Source: an uncultured Aquificales bacterium (GTDB lineage Bacteria > Thermosulfidibacterota > Thermosulfidibacteria > Thermosulfidibacterales > Thermosulfidibacteraceae). Taken from it: a DNA stretch of 10,292 nucleotides. How positions within the stretch are numbered: the stretch's first letter is position 1; every line of letters begins with the position of its first letter. Shown here one piece after another: positions 1 through 9,020 of the stretch. The DNA lies in assembly GCA_964411615.1 (NCBI GenBank), contig CAYPLO010000006.1, positions 25,892-36,183 of the forward strand, in the 5' to 3' direction. The translations under genes were made by a program, and so were the position numbers. The notes beneath the pieces were generated by a model. The model did no database searches, was not told where the DNA came from, and worked only from the letters and a program-made list of their open reading frames with translations.

Positions 1-245
1 ATGCCCGAAAGAAGTGGAGACTGGATAAGACAGGCTGAGAAAGATTTGGAGAATGCCAAATGGGAGGTGAAAGGAGGGTTCTACGAATGGGCCTGTTTCT
101 CGGCCCATCAGTCCGCAGAAAAGGCCCTAAAAGCTGTTTCTTCTCACAGGAAGATGCAGAAGAGGCCATCGCTGGTGCTGGAGAAATCTTACGGTTCTGT
201 AAGGGTATTCTGGCTACAGCGGGAGGAGGCCATAAAAAGACTTAA
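1..245 (+). pseudogene. Internally deleted, frameshifted HEPN gene (N-terminus in frame 1, 1-138; C-terminal helix in frame 3, ~141-245)
   Basis: Frame 3 reads [34 protein letters not shown], which resembles the HEPN terminal helix (Y/F-T-x-E-D-A-E-E-A-I...A-x-x-I-L-x-F). The central part expected between KALKAV and this helix (roughly 50-55 aa in typical ~130-aa members) is absent. Confidence 0.75.
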
Positions 246-531
246 AAGCGCGGCGGAAAATCTGATAATGGAAAGAACAGAGGTTGAAGAAGTTGTGCTA
301 TTCGGCTCCCTCAACGAAGGAAGGGCCATACCGGGAAGCGACGCAGACCTCCTCATAGTTGTTAAAAAGAAGCACGAAACCGAAGATTACATAGACTACT
401 TTGCAGATGTGGGTATACCATGCGACCTGTTCTGCTACACGAGAGAGGAGCTTGAGGAGAACGACTTTGCCCGCTCAGCTTATCAAAAGGGTAGAGTATT
501 GGCGAGAAGAAGGAACACACACCGGGGCTAA
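1..531 (+). CDS. Fusion ORF: N-terminal half of a HEPN-domain protein (aa 1-46) joined in frame to a minimal nucleotidyltransferase (MNT, MntA-like). The MNT part may also initiate on its own at ATG 154 or GTG 175.
   Basis: aa 1-46 [14 protein letters not shown]...[20 protein letters not shown] is the typical start of COG2250-type HEPN proteins. The C-terminal part has [19 protein letters not shown] (GSX10DXD polymerase-beta-type nucleotidyltransferase motif) and a third acidic residue in IPCDLF. GAGG at 162-165 precedes the in-frame GTG at 175. Confidence 0.85.
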   Translation: MPERSGDWIRQAEKDLENAKWEVKGGFYEWACFSAHQSAEKALKAVSSHRKMQKRPSLVLEKSYGSVRVFWLQREEAIKRLKSAAENLIMERTEVEEVVLFGSLNEGRAIPGSDADLLIVVKKKHETEDYIDYFADVGIPCDLFCYTREELEENDFARSAYQKGRVLARRRNTHRG

Positions 532-3227
532 GCGTTCCTCCCGCAGCAGTGCTTGTACTTTTTGCCACTACCACATGGACAGGGCTCGTTTCTGCCTATC
601 TTCCTGCCCTTTCTTCTCACCGTCTGTGGCTTGGGCTGCTCCTCCTCACCCCTGTGGGCAACGTAGCGCCTCTTCTTACGCTTCTCCTTTACCTTCTTCT
701 CCACCTCCTCGCCTTCAACCCTCACCTCTATCCTGAAGAGGGTCTCCACCACCTGACGCTTGAGCCTCTCTATCATATCGGCAAACAGCTCAAAGCTCTC
801 CCTCTTGTACTCGTTCAGGGGGTCCCTCTGGCCGTAGCCACGCAGGCCTATCACATCCCTCAGGTGGTCCATGTTGAGAAGGTGGTCCTTCCACAGGGAG
901 TCTAAGGTGTATAGAAAGACCATGCGCTCAAGATGGGCTATGTTCTCCCTTCCGGCAAGTCTCTCCTTCTCCTCATATACAGACCAGGCCCTCTCAAAGA
1001 GATATCTCTTCAGCTCTTCTTCCTCTTTGCCCTCAAGCTCAGAAGGCTCAACCTTTATGTTGAAGGTGCGGTAGAAGTTCTTAGCAAGCCCCTCAATGTC
1101 CGGCTCCTTCTCAAGATGGGCCTCGTTCACCATGTTGGCTATGAGCTCCTCAACGATGCCCCTTATCTCTTCCCTGAGGTCTGCCCCCTCAAGTATCTTT
1201 CTCCTCTGGGTGTAGACCACGTCCCTCTGCTTGTTCATAACATCGTCGTACTCAAGAAGGTGCTTCCTTATCTCAAAGTTGTAGGCCTCCACCTTCTTCT
1301 GGGCGTTCTCTATGGCTTTGGTCACCCATGGATGCTCTATGGGCTCCCCCTCCTTCATGCCCAGCTTGCCCATGAGTCCTTTGAGCTTGTCCCCTCCGAA
1401 TATCCTGAGCAGGTCATCCTCAAGGGAAAGGAAGAAACGGGAGGAACCCGGGTCTCCCTGCCTTCCCGCACGACCCCTCAGCTGGTTGTCTATCCTCCTT
1501 GACTCATGCCTCTCAGTGCCTATGATGTGAAGCCCACCGAGCTCCACAACCTTTTTGTGCTCCTCCTCGCATATTTTTTTGTACTTCTCCAGCACACGCT
1601 CCCACTCCTCCTTGGGGATGCCCTCAAGGGTTCCGTACTTCTTTTTCAGCTCCTGCCTTGCCAGAAACTCCGGATTGCCCCCCAGCATTATGTCCGTTCC
1701 ACGTCCAGCCATGTTTGTGGCGATGGTAACAGCTCCAAGCCTTCCCGCCTGGGCAACTATCTCCGCTTCCCTCTCGTGGTGTTTGGCGTTGAGCACATGA
1801 TGGGGGATTCTTCTCTTTTTAAGCATGGCCGAGAGCTTCTCGGACTTCTCTATGGAGGTGGTTCCCACAAGCACGGGACGGCCTATCCTGTGCATCTCCT
1901 CTATCTCTTTAACCACAGCCTCCCATTTTTCCTTCTCGGTTCTGAAGACAACATCGGGATAATCTACCCTTATCATGGGCTTGTGGGTGGGTATGACAAC
2001 CACATCCAGGCCGTATATCTCCATGAACTCGGCCGCTTCGGTCTCGGCGGTTCCCGTCATGCCCGCAAGCTTCTCGTAAAGGCGGAAGTAGTTCTGGAAG
2101 GTGATGGTGGCAAGGGTCTGGTTCTCGCCCTTTATCTTCACCCCCTCCTTGGCCTCTATGGCCTGATGGAGGCCATCGCTCCAGCGCCTTCCCGGCATGA
2201 GCCTGCCGGTAAACTCGTCAACTATTATCACCTCACCATCCTTAACTATATAGTCCACATCCCTCTTGAAGAGCACATGGGCCCTGAGGGCCTGCTCTAT
2301 CTTGTGCAGAAGGTCTATGTGGATGGGGTCGTAGAGGTTATCTATACCGAGCCTCCTCTCAAGCTCCCTTATACCCTCCTCAGTGAGCATCACCGTCTTG
2401 TGCTCTTCATCTACCTCGTAATGGACATCTTTCTTAAGTCCCTGAACCACACGGTTGGCCACGTGGTAAAGCTCCGGCGCCTCCTCCGATGGGCCTGAGA
2501 TGATTAACGGGGTCCTGGCCTCATCAATCAGTATGCTGTCCACCTCATCCACAATGGCGTAGTAGTGGCCCCTCTGAACGCATTCGGATATGTCCCAGGC
2601 CATGTTGTCCCTGAGATAATCAAAACCGAACTCGTTGTTCTGCCCGTAGGTTATATCCGCCAGATAGGCATCTCTTCTGGAGCAGGGAACCAGCCTGGTT
2701 CTGAAGGTCTCCCTATCCTCCCACTCAACCAGATAGGAAGCTTCGTGCTGTATCACCCCCACCGTCATGCCGAGGAACAGGTATATGGGTCCCATCCAGA
2801 GGGCATCTCTTCGGGCAAGGTAGTCGTTAACCGTCACAAGGTGCACCCCTTTGCCTGTAAGGGCGTTGAGGTATATGGGAAGGGTGGCCACAAGGGTCTT
2901 TCCCTCTCCCGTCTTCATCTCGGCAATCTTCCCCTGGTGCAGCACAATCCCACCCAAAAGCTGCACGTCAAAGTGGCGCATGTTTATGGTCCTTCTGGCC
3001 ACCTCCCTCACCACAGCAAAGGCCTCAACCAGAAGGTCATCCAAGGTCTCCCCATCCTGGAGGCGTTTCTTGAACTCCTCCGTCTTTCTGGCTAACTCCT
3101 CATTGCTAAGGCTCTTAACCTCAGGCTCAAGCTCATTTATCCTGTGGACTATAGGCCACAGCTTTTTGAGCTCCCTCTCGTTTTTGGTGCCTATCACCTT
3201 CTCAAGGAGCTTCGTGAAGATTCCCAT
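528..3227 (-). CDS. secA: Preprotein translocase ATPase SecA (899 aa)
   Basis: Motifs MKTGEGKT (Walker A), [57 protein letters not shown], and the C-terminal SEC-C zinc motif [18 protein letters not shown]. Start moved from 3308 to ATG 3227 ([13 protein letters not shown]), which has a strong AGGAGGT Shine-Dalgarno 5 nt upstream. Confidence 0.99.
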   Translation of the reverse strand: MGIFTKLLEKVIGTKNERELKKLWPIVHRINELEPEVKSLSNEELARKTEEFKKRLQDGETLDDLLVEAFAVVREVARRTINMRHFDVQLLGGIVLHQGKIAEMKTGEGKTLVATLPIYLNALTGKGVHLVTVNDYLARRDALWMGPIYLFLGMTVGVIQHEASYLVEWEDRETFRTRLVPCSRRDAYLADITYGQNNEFGFDYLRDNMAWDISECVQRGHYYAIVDEVDSILIDEARTPLIISGPSEEAPELYHVANRVVQGLKKDVHYEVDEEHKTVMLTEEGIRELERRLGIDNLYDPIHIDLLHKIEQALRAHVLFKRDVDYIVKDGEVIIVDEFTGRLMPGRRWSDGLHQAIEAKEGVKIKGENQTLATITFQNYFRLYEKLAGMTGTAETEAAEFMEIYGLDVVVIPTHKPMIRVDYPDVVFRTEKEKWEAVVKEIEEMHRIGRPVLVGTTSIEKSEKLSAMLKKRRIPHHVLNAKHHEREAEIVAQAGRLGAVTIATNMAGRGTDIMLGGNPEFLARQELKKKYGTLEGIPKEEWERVLEKYKKICEEEHKKVVELGGLHIIGTERHESRRIDNQLRGRAGRQGDPGSSRFFLSLEDDLLRIFGGDKLKGLMGKLGMKEGEPIEHPWVTKAIENAQKKVEAYNFEIRKHLLEYDDVMNKQRDVVYTQRRKILEGADLREEIRGIVEELIANMVNEAHLEKEPDIEGLAKNFYRTFNIKVEPSELEGKEEEELKRYLFERAWSVYEEKERLAGRENIAHLERMVFLYTLDSLWKDHLLNMDHLRDVIGLRGYGQRDPLNEYKRESFELFADMIERLKRQVVETLFRIEVRVEGEEVEKKVKEKRKKRRYVAHRGEEEQPKPQTVRRKGRKIGRNEPCPCGSGKKYKHCCGRNA

Positions 3228-3232
3228 GCCAC

Positions 3233-3239
3233 ACCTCCT
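3233..3239 (-). promoter_or_regulatory. Shine-Dalgarno site of secA (AGGAGGT), overlapping the stop codon of the upstream protease gene
   Basis: The minus strand reads TAGGAGGTGTGGCATG. Confidence 0.85.
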
Positions 3240-3921
3240 AAAAGAGCCCCAACAGATAGAAAGAGGCGTCCAGCACCACCCTTCCAAAGAATCTGTCAAG
3301 ACCTGCAAGTATCAGCACAACCACAATCAGTATACCCCAACGCTCCACCCTGGCATATCCAAGGGCCAGCCTCTCTGGAAGTAGCCCGTAGAGAATCCTG
3401 CCACCGTCCAGGGGCAGTATGGGTATGAGGTTGAACAGACACAGGGCCACATTTATCACAACCCCGTAAAGCAGCATAATGGCCACAGGAACAGAGACCA
3501 TGTAGGTGCCTTTGAGAGATGGCACAACACCATACTTCATGAAGTAGGAGACGTACTCAAGCACCGCAGAATCGTATTTAATGAGAAGCTTGAAGAGAAA
3601 GGCGGCCGCCACCGCCATAACCACGTTGCTTGAGGGGCCCGCTGCTGCAACGAACATCATGTCCCTTTTGGGATTCTTGAGGTTATAGGGATTCACAGGC
3701 ACAGGCTTAGCCCAGCCTATAATTCTGGTCACGAGAAAGACTATAAGTCCCAGAACATCCAGGTGCTTAAGAGGATTGAGGGTGAGCCTCCCTGCATCCC
3801 TGGCGGTTGTATCACCCAAGGCGTATGCAGCAACGCCATGGGCAACCTCGTGCACAGAGACACTGAAGAGCACCGGAACAAGCCCCAAAGAAACCTGCTG
3901 TATGTAGGCGGATACCTCCAA
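3238..3921 (-). CDS. Site-2 protease family (peptidase M50) intramembrane zinc metalloprotease, YwhC-like, no PDZ domain
   Basis: HEVAH (HExxH), [47 protein letters not shown] (NxxPxxxLDG) and several hydrophobic segments. The TTG start at 3921 is uncertain. Confidence 0.93.
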   Translation of the reverse strand: MEVSAYIQQVSLGLVPVLFSVSVHEVAHGVAAYALGDTTARDAGRLTLNPLKHLDVLGLIVFLVTRIIGWAKPVPVNPYNLKNPKRDMMFVAAAGPSSNVVMAVAAAFLFKLLIKYDSAVLEYVSYFMKYGVVPSLKGTYMVSVPVAIMLLYGVVINVALCLFNLIPILPLDGGRILYGLLPERLALGYARVERWGILIVVVLILAGLDRFFGRVVLDASFYLLGLF

Positions 3922-3928
3922 CCTCCCC

Positions 3929-5284
3929 TCACAGTATGTACTTGCTTAGGTCCTCGTCCTTCACCACATCCTCAAGGTGCTCATCAACGTATCTGCTGTC
4001 AACCACAACCTTCTGACCCTTCATGGAAGGAGCGTTGAAGGAGACCTCCTCCAAAAGCTTCTCCATAACGGTGTAGAGCCTCCTGGCCCCTATGTTCTCA
4101 AGCCTCTCGTTCAGCATAACCGCTATATGGGCTATCCTCTCAATCCCATCCTGGGTAAACTCAAGCTCCACCCCCTCGGTGGCAAGCAGTGCCCTGTACT
4201 GTTTGGTGAGGGCATTTTCGGGCTCCGTAAGTATCCTGATGAAGTCCTCCTTGGTTAGGGGGTCCAGCTCCACCCTTATGGGGAACCTTCCCTGAAGCTC
4301 AGGTATCAGGTCAGAGGGCTTTGAGACATGAAAGGCGCCTGCGGCTATGAATAGTATGTGGTCGGTCCTCACAACCCCGTATCTTGTGGTTACGGATGTT
4401 CCCTCAACCAAGGGGAGCAGGTCCCTCTGAACCCCCTCCCTGGACACATCTGGACCGTGGGTGCTTTCCCTACCCGCTATCTTGTCTATCTCGTCAATGA
4501 AGACGATGCCAGTCTGCTCCACCCTCTCTATGGCTTCCCTCACCACCTCGTCCATATCTATGAGTCTCTCCGCCTCCTGTTTCGTGAGGTACTCAAGGGC
4601 CTCCTCCACTCTCATCCTCTTCCTCTTGGTCTTCTTGGGGAAGAGGTTGCCCAGCATCTCCCTTATGCTTATATCCATGTCCTCCATACCCGTTATGGGA
4701 ATGACCTCAACCATGGGCATAACGGACTTATCCTCCACCTCAACCTCAACGAACCTATCGTTGAGCTTACCCTCCTTCAGCAACTGCCTGAACTGCTCCC
4801 TGGTCCTCTTGTGCTGCTCAACCAGATTGGGGTCCAGGCTCATCCCCCTCGCCCTCCCCTTAGGCATGGGCAGCAGCAGGTCAAGCACCCTCTCCTCTGC
4901 CAGCCTTCTGGCCTTCTCCTGAACCTCCCTCTCCTTTTCCTCTTTCACCATGCGGACCGCCACCTTGGTGAGGTCCCTTATGATGGACTCCACATCCCTC
5001 CCCACATAACCCACCTCGGTAAACTTGGAGGCCTCCACCTTTATGAAGGGAGCGTTGGCCAGCTTGGCCAGCCTCCTGGCAATCTCCGTCTTCCCAACTC
5101 CGGTGGGACCTATCATGAGGATGTTCTTAGGCAACACCTCCTCCCTGAGCTGCGGGGGAAGCTGCTGCCTCCTCCACCTGTTCCTCAGAGCAATGGCAAC
5201 GGCCCTCTTGGCCTTTTTTTGCCCAACTATGTATTTGTCCAGCTCCCTTACTATCTCCTGGGGTGTCAGCTCCCTGTAGTTCAT
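3929..5284 (-). CDS. hslU: ATP-dependent protease ATPase subunit HslU (ClpY/CodX)
   Basis: [26 protein letters not shown] (Walker A), GYVG pore loop, FIDEIDK (Walker B), [19 protein letters not shown], and the C-terminal DLSKYIL. ATGA overlap with the hslV stop. Confidence 0.99.
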   Translation of the reverse strand: MNYRELTPQEIVRELDKYIVGQKKAKRAVAIALRNRWRRQQLPPQLREEVLPKNILMIGPTGVGKTEIARRLAKLANAPFIKVEASKFTEVGYVGRDVESIIRDLTKVAVRMVKEEKEREVQEKARRLAEERVLDLLLPMPKGRARGMSLDPNLVEQHKRTREQFRQLLKEGKLNDRFVEVEVEDKSVMPMVEVIPITGMEDMDISIREMLGNLFPKKTKRKRMRVEEALEYLTKQEAERLIDMDEVVREAIERVEQTGIVFIDEIDKIAGRESTHGPDVSREGVQRDLLPLVEGTSVTTRYGVVRTDHILFIAAGAFHVSKPSDLIPELQGRFPIRVELDPLTKEDFIRILTEPENALTKQYRALLATEGVELEFTQDGIERIAHIAVMLNERLENIGARRLYTVMEKLLEEVSFNAPSMKGQKVVVDSRYVDEHLEDVVKDEDLSKYIL

Positions 5285-5808
5285 GGCAGCTCCTCTACAA
5301 CGATGTTGTGGTTTGTGTAGACGCAGATGTCCGCCGCTATCCTCATGGCCTCCACCACAAGGTCCCGAAGCCCCAGATTACTGTGCCTGACAAGGGCCCG
5401 GGCAGCTGCAAGGGCGTAGGGACCTCCAGACCCTATAGCGAGTATCCCATCGTCGGGCTCCATCACATCCCCCGTTCCCGAAACCAGAAAGGAACGGTCC
5501 CTATCCGCCACTACCATCAGGGCCTCAAGGCGGCGAAGGGCCCTGTCCATCCTCCAGTCCTTTGCAAGCTCCACCACGGCCCTTGCAAGGTTGCCTCCAT
5601 ACTCCTCAAGTTTGCCCTCAAGCCTCATCATCAGGGTTATGGCATCGGCAGAGGCACCGGCAAATCCAGCAAGCACCTTATCGTGGTACAATTTCCTCAC
5701 CTTCCTGGCCCGCATCTTCATTATGGTACTACCCAGGGTGACTTGTCCGTCTGCCGCCATCACCACCCTGCTTCCATCCCTGACACAGAGAACGGTGGTG
5801 CTAACCAT
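5281..5808 (-). CDS. hslV: ATP-dependent protease peptidase subunit HslV (ClpQ/CodW), 175 aa
   Basis: [10 protein letters not shown]...[47 protein letters not shown]. Start reassigned from 5904 to ATG 5808 so that the catalytic TT lies near the N-terminus. Overlaps the xerC stop by 8 nt. Confidence 0.98.
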   Translation of the reverse strand: MVSTTVLCVRDGSRVVMAADGQVTLGSTIMKMRARKVRKLYHDKVLAGFAGASADAITLMMRLEGKLEEYGGNLARAVVELAKDWRMDRALRRLEALMVVADRDRSFLVSGTGDVMEPDDGILAIGSGGPYALAAARALVRHSNLGLRDLVVEAMRIAADICVYTNHNIVVEELP

Positions 5809-6673
5809 TTCTCGCCCTTGGGTGGGTCCTGTCGTAAACCTCCACGAGCCTTTTGATTGATACATGGGTGTAGACCTCCGTGGTCTCAATATTCTTGTGC
5901 CCAAGAAGCTCCTGAACGCTCCTCAGGTCAAGTCCCCCCTCAAGAAGATGGGTGGCGAAGGTGTGCCTCAAAAGATGGGGATACACCGGCTTGGAGATTC
6001 CGGCTTTTTCCGCAAGCCTCTTTAATATACGACGAAGGGTGGTGTCCGTCATTCTCCCCCTGGGAGTCAGGAAGAGGGCCTCCCTATCCTTCTTGAGCCT
6101 GGCAACCAGCCTGGACCTCTCGTGCTCCATATACATGAGCAGAACATCTCTGGCCCTCTCACCGAAAAAGACCACCCTCTCCCTCTTACCCTTTCCCCTG
6201 ACCCTCAACCGCATTCCACTGAAGTCAACATCTGTGATGTTCAAAGCACAGAGCTCAGATGCGCGAAGTCCAGATGAGTATATGAGCTCCACAATGGCCC
6301 TGTCTCTGAAGGTCTCAGCAGCGGCTATTAATGCTTCAACCTCCTCGCGGGAAAGATAGGAGGGTAGTTTTCTACCCACCTTGGGGTTACTAACGTCCCT
6401 GGCAGGATTCGCCTCTACCAGCCCCCTTTTCTTGAGATAATCAAAAAAGGTCCTTACAGCGGAGAGCTTCCTGCCGATACTCCTCGGTCCAACTCCCCTT
6501 CTGGCAAGATGAGACACAAACCTTCCCACATCCTTAGGCGTTATCTCCATAGGCTCCTTCTTAACAACACTGAAGAACTGCTCAAGGTCCCTGCGGTAAG
6601 CCCTGACCGTGTGATGAGAATAACCCTTCTCCTGGGTGAGATGCCTGAGGAATTCGTCAAGGCACCCTACCAT
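5801..6673 (-). CDS. xerC: Tyrosine recombinase XerC (CodV-like)
   Basis: N-terminal SAM-like domain ([13 protein letters not shown]). Catalytic residues in [36 protein letters not shown]-terminus VYDRTHPRA is XerC-like. The position upstream of hslVU matches the known xerC/codV-hslV-hslU arrangement. Confidence 0.88.
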   Translation of the reverse strand: MVGCLDEFLRHLTQEKGYSHHTVRAYRRDLEQFFSVVKKEPMEITPKDVGRFVSHLARRGVGPRSIGRKLSAVRTFFDYLKKRGLVEANPARDVSNPKVGRKLPSYLSREEVEALIAAAETFRDRAIVELIYSSGLRASELCALNITDVDFSGMRLRVRGKGKRERVVFFGERARDVLLMYMEHERSRLVARLKKDREALFLTPRGRMTDTTLRRILKRLAEKAGISKPVYPHLLRHTFATHLLEGGLDLRSVQELLGHKNIETTEVYTHVSIKRLVEVYDRTHPRARNG

Positions 6674-7266
6674 TTCCGCCTCAGCCTGGAACTCCTCGCC
6701 CTCTCTGCAACAACTATGGACCGCAGGGTATCGAAGGCCTCCTCAAGCCTATCGTTCAAAACCCAGTAGTGGTACATGCAGGCCTGCTCCATCTCCCACT
6801 CGGCAACCTTCAGCCTCTTCTCTATCACCTCGGGAGGGTCGGTTCCCCTCAATCTGAGTCTTCTTTCAAGTTCCATCAAAGACGGGGGAAATATGAAGAT
6901 GCCCACCGCATCGCCCATTCTATCAAACACCTGCTTTGCACCCTGGACATCTATGTCAAGGAGTAGGTCAATTCCCCTTTTCAGCTTCTCCTCCACAAAC
7001 CTCTTGGAAGTCCCGTAGTAGTGGCCATGAACCTGGGCAAACTCCAGAAACTCTCCCCTATCTACCATCTCCTTGAATGTTGTCTCGTCCACAAAAAAGT
7101 AGTCTCTGCCGTTAACCTCCCCATCCCTGGGAGGCCTGGTGGTGTAGGAGACCGAAAACTCTATGCCATCAAGCTCTTCAAGGAGCATCCTGCACAGGGT
7201 GGTCTTTCCAGCCCCAGAGGGGGCAGAGACCACAAAGAGTATCCCCGTCTCTCTTTTGAACATCAC
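6667..7266 (-). CDS. gmk: Guanylate kinase
   Basis: SAPSGAGKTT P-loop, SVSYTTRPPRDGEVNGRDYFFV, HYYGTS, LDIDVQGA, IFPPS...LERRLRLRGTD. Start is GTG 7266 or ATG 7263; both overlap the yicC stop. Confidence 0.98.
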   Translation of the reverse strand: MMFKRETGILFVVSAPSGAGKTTLCRMLLEELDGIEFSVSYTTRPPRDGEVNGRDYFFVDETTFKEMVDRGEFLEFAQVHGHYYGTSKRFVEEKLKRGIDLLLDIDVQGAKQVFDRMGDAVGIFIFPPSLMELERRLRLRGTDPPEVIEKRLKVAEWEMEQACMYHYWVLNDRLEEAFDTLRSIVVAERARSSRLRRKW

Positions 7267-8123
7267 TCTATGTTCTGCACCTGCTCCCTTATCTTCTCCA
7301 GCTGGTCCTTCAGCTCCACGGCTATCATGGTTAGCTTAGTATCCACAGACTTAACTCCGAGGGTGTTGGCCTCCCTGAACATCTCCTGAACTATAAAGTC
7401 CAGCCTCCTGCCACAGGGAGAACCACCTGATATGGTCTCCTCAAAGGCCGATATATGGCTTTTTAACCTCACAATCTCCTCGTTAACGTCCATCTTGTCC
7501 AGCATTATGGCTATCTCCTGGGCCACACGCACATCGTCTATCTCCAGCTCCCTCATCCTGGAAAGCAGCCTCTCCCTGGCCTCCTCCACCGCTATCCTGG
7601 CTAAGGACTCGGCCTTATCAACCAAACTCGCCACAGCATTGAGCTTTGAAAGGATATCCAGCTTCAACCTTTCTCCCTCCTCAGCCCTGAAGTTGATAAG
7701 CTCCTTAAGGGCTCCCTCCACCCCACTGAGGATGACGGGAAGCACCCTATCCTCATCAACCTCGGTTCTCACCTCCAGAGCCTCCCTGAGAACCACAGAA
7801 AAGTTGGGCATGGGAACGGACAGCTCGGAACAGAGGGTCTTAATCTGCTCCCACAGGTGGGACACAAGCTCCCTGTTCAGCCTTATCTCCTTCCCCTCAA
7901 CTCCCTCAAACTCAACCTGAATATATACGTCAACCCTACCCCTTGCAACATAACTGTCCACCAGCCGCCTGACGTGCGGCTCCGCAAAGGCAAACTGCCT
8001 GGGAAGCTTTATATTGATATCTTTATACTTGTGGTTTACGCTTCTCACCTCCACCCTGACAGATAATCCCTCACCCTCAGCGAGATACCTTCCGTATCCC
8101 GTCATGCTTCTAACTGTTCCCAA
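7263..8123 (-). CDS. yicC: YicC/YloC family endoribonuclease
   Basis: SMTGYG, EVRSVNHKY, EEIVRLKSHI, GRRLDFIVQEMFREANTLGVK, LEKIREQVQNIE. Conserved yicC-gmk adjacency. TTG start with GAGGAG 6 nt upstream. Confidence 0.95.
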   Translation of the reverse strand: MGTVRSMTGYGRYLAEGEGLSVRVEVRSVNHKYKDINIKLPRQFAFAEPHVRRLVDSYVARGRVDVYIQVEFEGVEGKEIRLNRELVSHLWEQIKTLCSELSVPMPNFSVVLREALEVRTEVDEDRVLPVILSGVEGALKELINFRAEEGERLKLDILSKLNAVASLVDKAESLARIAVEEARERLLSRMRELEIDDVRVAQEIAIMLDKMDVNEEIVRLKSHISAFEETISGGSPCGRRLDFIVQEMFREANTLGVKSVDTKLTMIAVELKDQLEKIREQVQNIE

Positions 8124-8145
8124 GGCCCTCTCCTCATCCTATATT
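8117..8145 (+). promoter_or_regulatory. Candidate sigma70-type promoter for era-xerD (TTCCCA-17 nt-TATATT)
   Basis: -35-like TTCCCA at 8117-8122 (4/6 match) and -10-like TATATT at 8140-8145 (5/6 match), with exact 17-nt spacing, in the only intergenic gap of appreciable size. Confidence 0.4.
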
Positions 8146-8177
8146 GTTAGACAAAAAGACCAGAGGTGGAGATTACC

Positions 8178-9020
8178 ATGAAATGGGCAAAGGTGACAAT
8201 CCTGGGAAAGGCCAACGTTGGAAAGAGCACCCTCATAAACCGGTTGTTAGAAAAGAAGATAGCCGGTGTCACACCCGTACCCGGAACCACCACCAAGGCA
8301 CTGGTTGGGGAAAGGGTGCTTAACGGAATCAGGGTCTTCTTTATAGACACCCCGGGCTTTTTGAAACCCAGGGGGCAGGAGGATAAGGAGGCGATGAAAG
8401 AGACCCTTACGGAGCTTATGGACACAGACCTGATATACTTTCTGATAGATGCCCACACAGGAATAACCAAGGAGGACCAGAGCATACTGGAAAAACTGGC
8501 CCCCTACAGGGGCAAGGTGCCCATATTCATAGTTATAAACAAGATGGATGGCGTGCCAAAGGAGAGATTCCTCCCCTTCATGAAGGAGATATCCGAAGAG
8601 CTGTTCTGGGACGAGATAGTTCCTGTATCTGCAAGAAGGGGAGCCAACATAGGAGAGTTGTTGAAGACCACAGCAAAGTATCTCAGGGGCAGAGAGGGTG
8701 AACCTCCAGCATACCTCACCCAGGTGGATGAGAGGCCCATACTGCACGACATCATTCGGGAGAAGCTCCTGTGGAAGATTAAGGGCTCGGCGGCGAGACA
8801 GTTCAGGGTGGAAATCGGGGACATAGACGTAGGTGAGGGAAGGGTCTACGTGCAGGCGTACATAGTGGCGGAAAGACCGTCCCTGAAGGCCATGGCCATA
8901 GGCAAGGGGGGACAGACCATAAAGGATATAGGCACAAAGGCCAGAATTGAGATGGAGGAGAAGTTCGGCAAGAAGGTGTTTCTGGACCTATCTGTGATAG
9001 AGGAAAAAAGCAGAATATGA
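8178..9020 (+). CDS. era: Era-family GTPase (divergent), 280 aa
   Basis: G1 GKANVGKS, G3 DTPG, G4 NKMD, G5 SAR, then IIREKLL and a type II KH domain with [34 protein letters not shown] 8178 is preferred over GTG 8166 because GAGGTGGAG (8163-8171) is placed as its SD. Confidence 0.88.
   Translation: MKWAKVTILGKANVGKSTLINRLLEKKIAGVTPVPGTTTKALVGERVLNGIRVFFIDTPGFLKPRGQEDKEAMKETLTELMDTDLIYFLIDAHTGITKEDQSILEKLAPYRGKVPIFIVINKMDGVPKERFLPFMKEISEELFWDEIVPVSARRGANIGELLKTTAKYLRGREGEPPAYLTQVDERPILHDIIREKLLWKIKGSAARQFRVEIGDIDVGEGRVYVQAYIVAERPSLKAMAIGKGGQTIKDIGTKARIEMEEKFGKKVFLDLSVIEEKSRI

Noticed and set aside
60..245. Independent 61-aa gene starting at ATG 60
   Set aside because: The first ~27 codons are an alternative frame of the HEPN N-terminus; only the part after ~141 is meaningful, as the HEPN remnant.
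1506..2498. 330-aa + strand ORF (and other + strand ORFs within 401-3428)
   Set aside because: Antisense shadow of secA. The Leu/Pro/His-rich composition is the expected mirror of GAG/AAG/AGG-rich codons, and there are no motifs.
3228..3308. 27-aa N-terminal extension of SecA in the ORF track
   Set aside because: It lies mostly inside the protease gene, and the strong SD sits before ATG 3227.
4358..5320. 320-aa + strand ORF
   Set aside because: Antisense shadow of hslU with the same mirror composition and no recognisable domain.
5809..5904. 32-aa extension or long propeptide of HslV
   Set aside because: It overlaps the xerC catalytic C-terminus. ATG 5808 gives a normal short leader (MVS) before the catalytic Thr.
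8125..8152. Possible dif site between the two xer genes (TATTGTTAGAC resembles the XerD arm TTATGTTAAAT at 7/11)
   Set aside because: There is no matching XerC arm and no inner ATAA/TTAT dyad around a 6-bp spacer. The region is better explained by SD and promoter elements.
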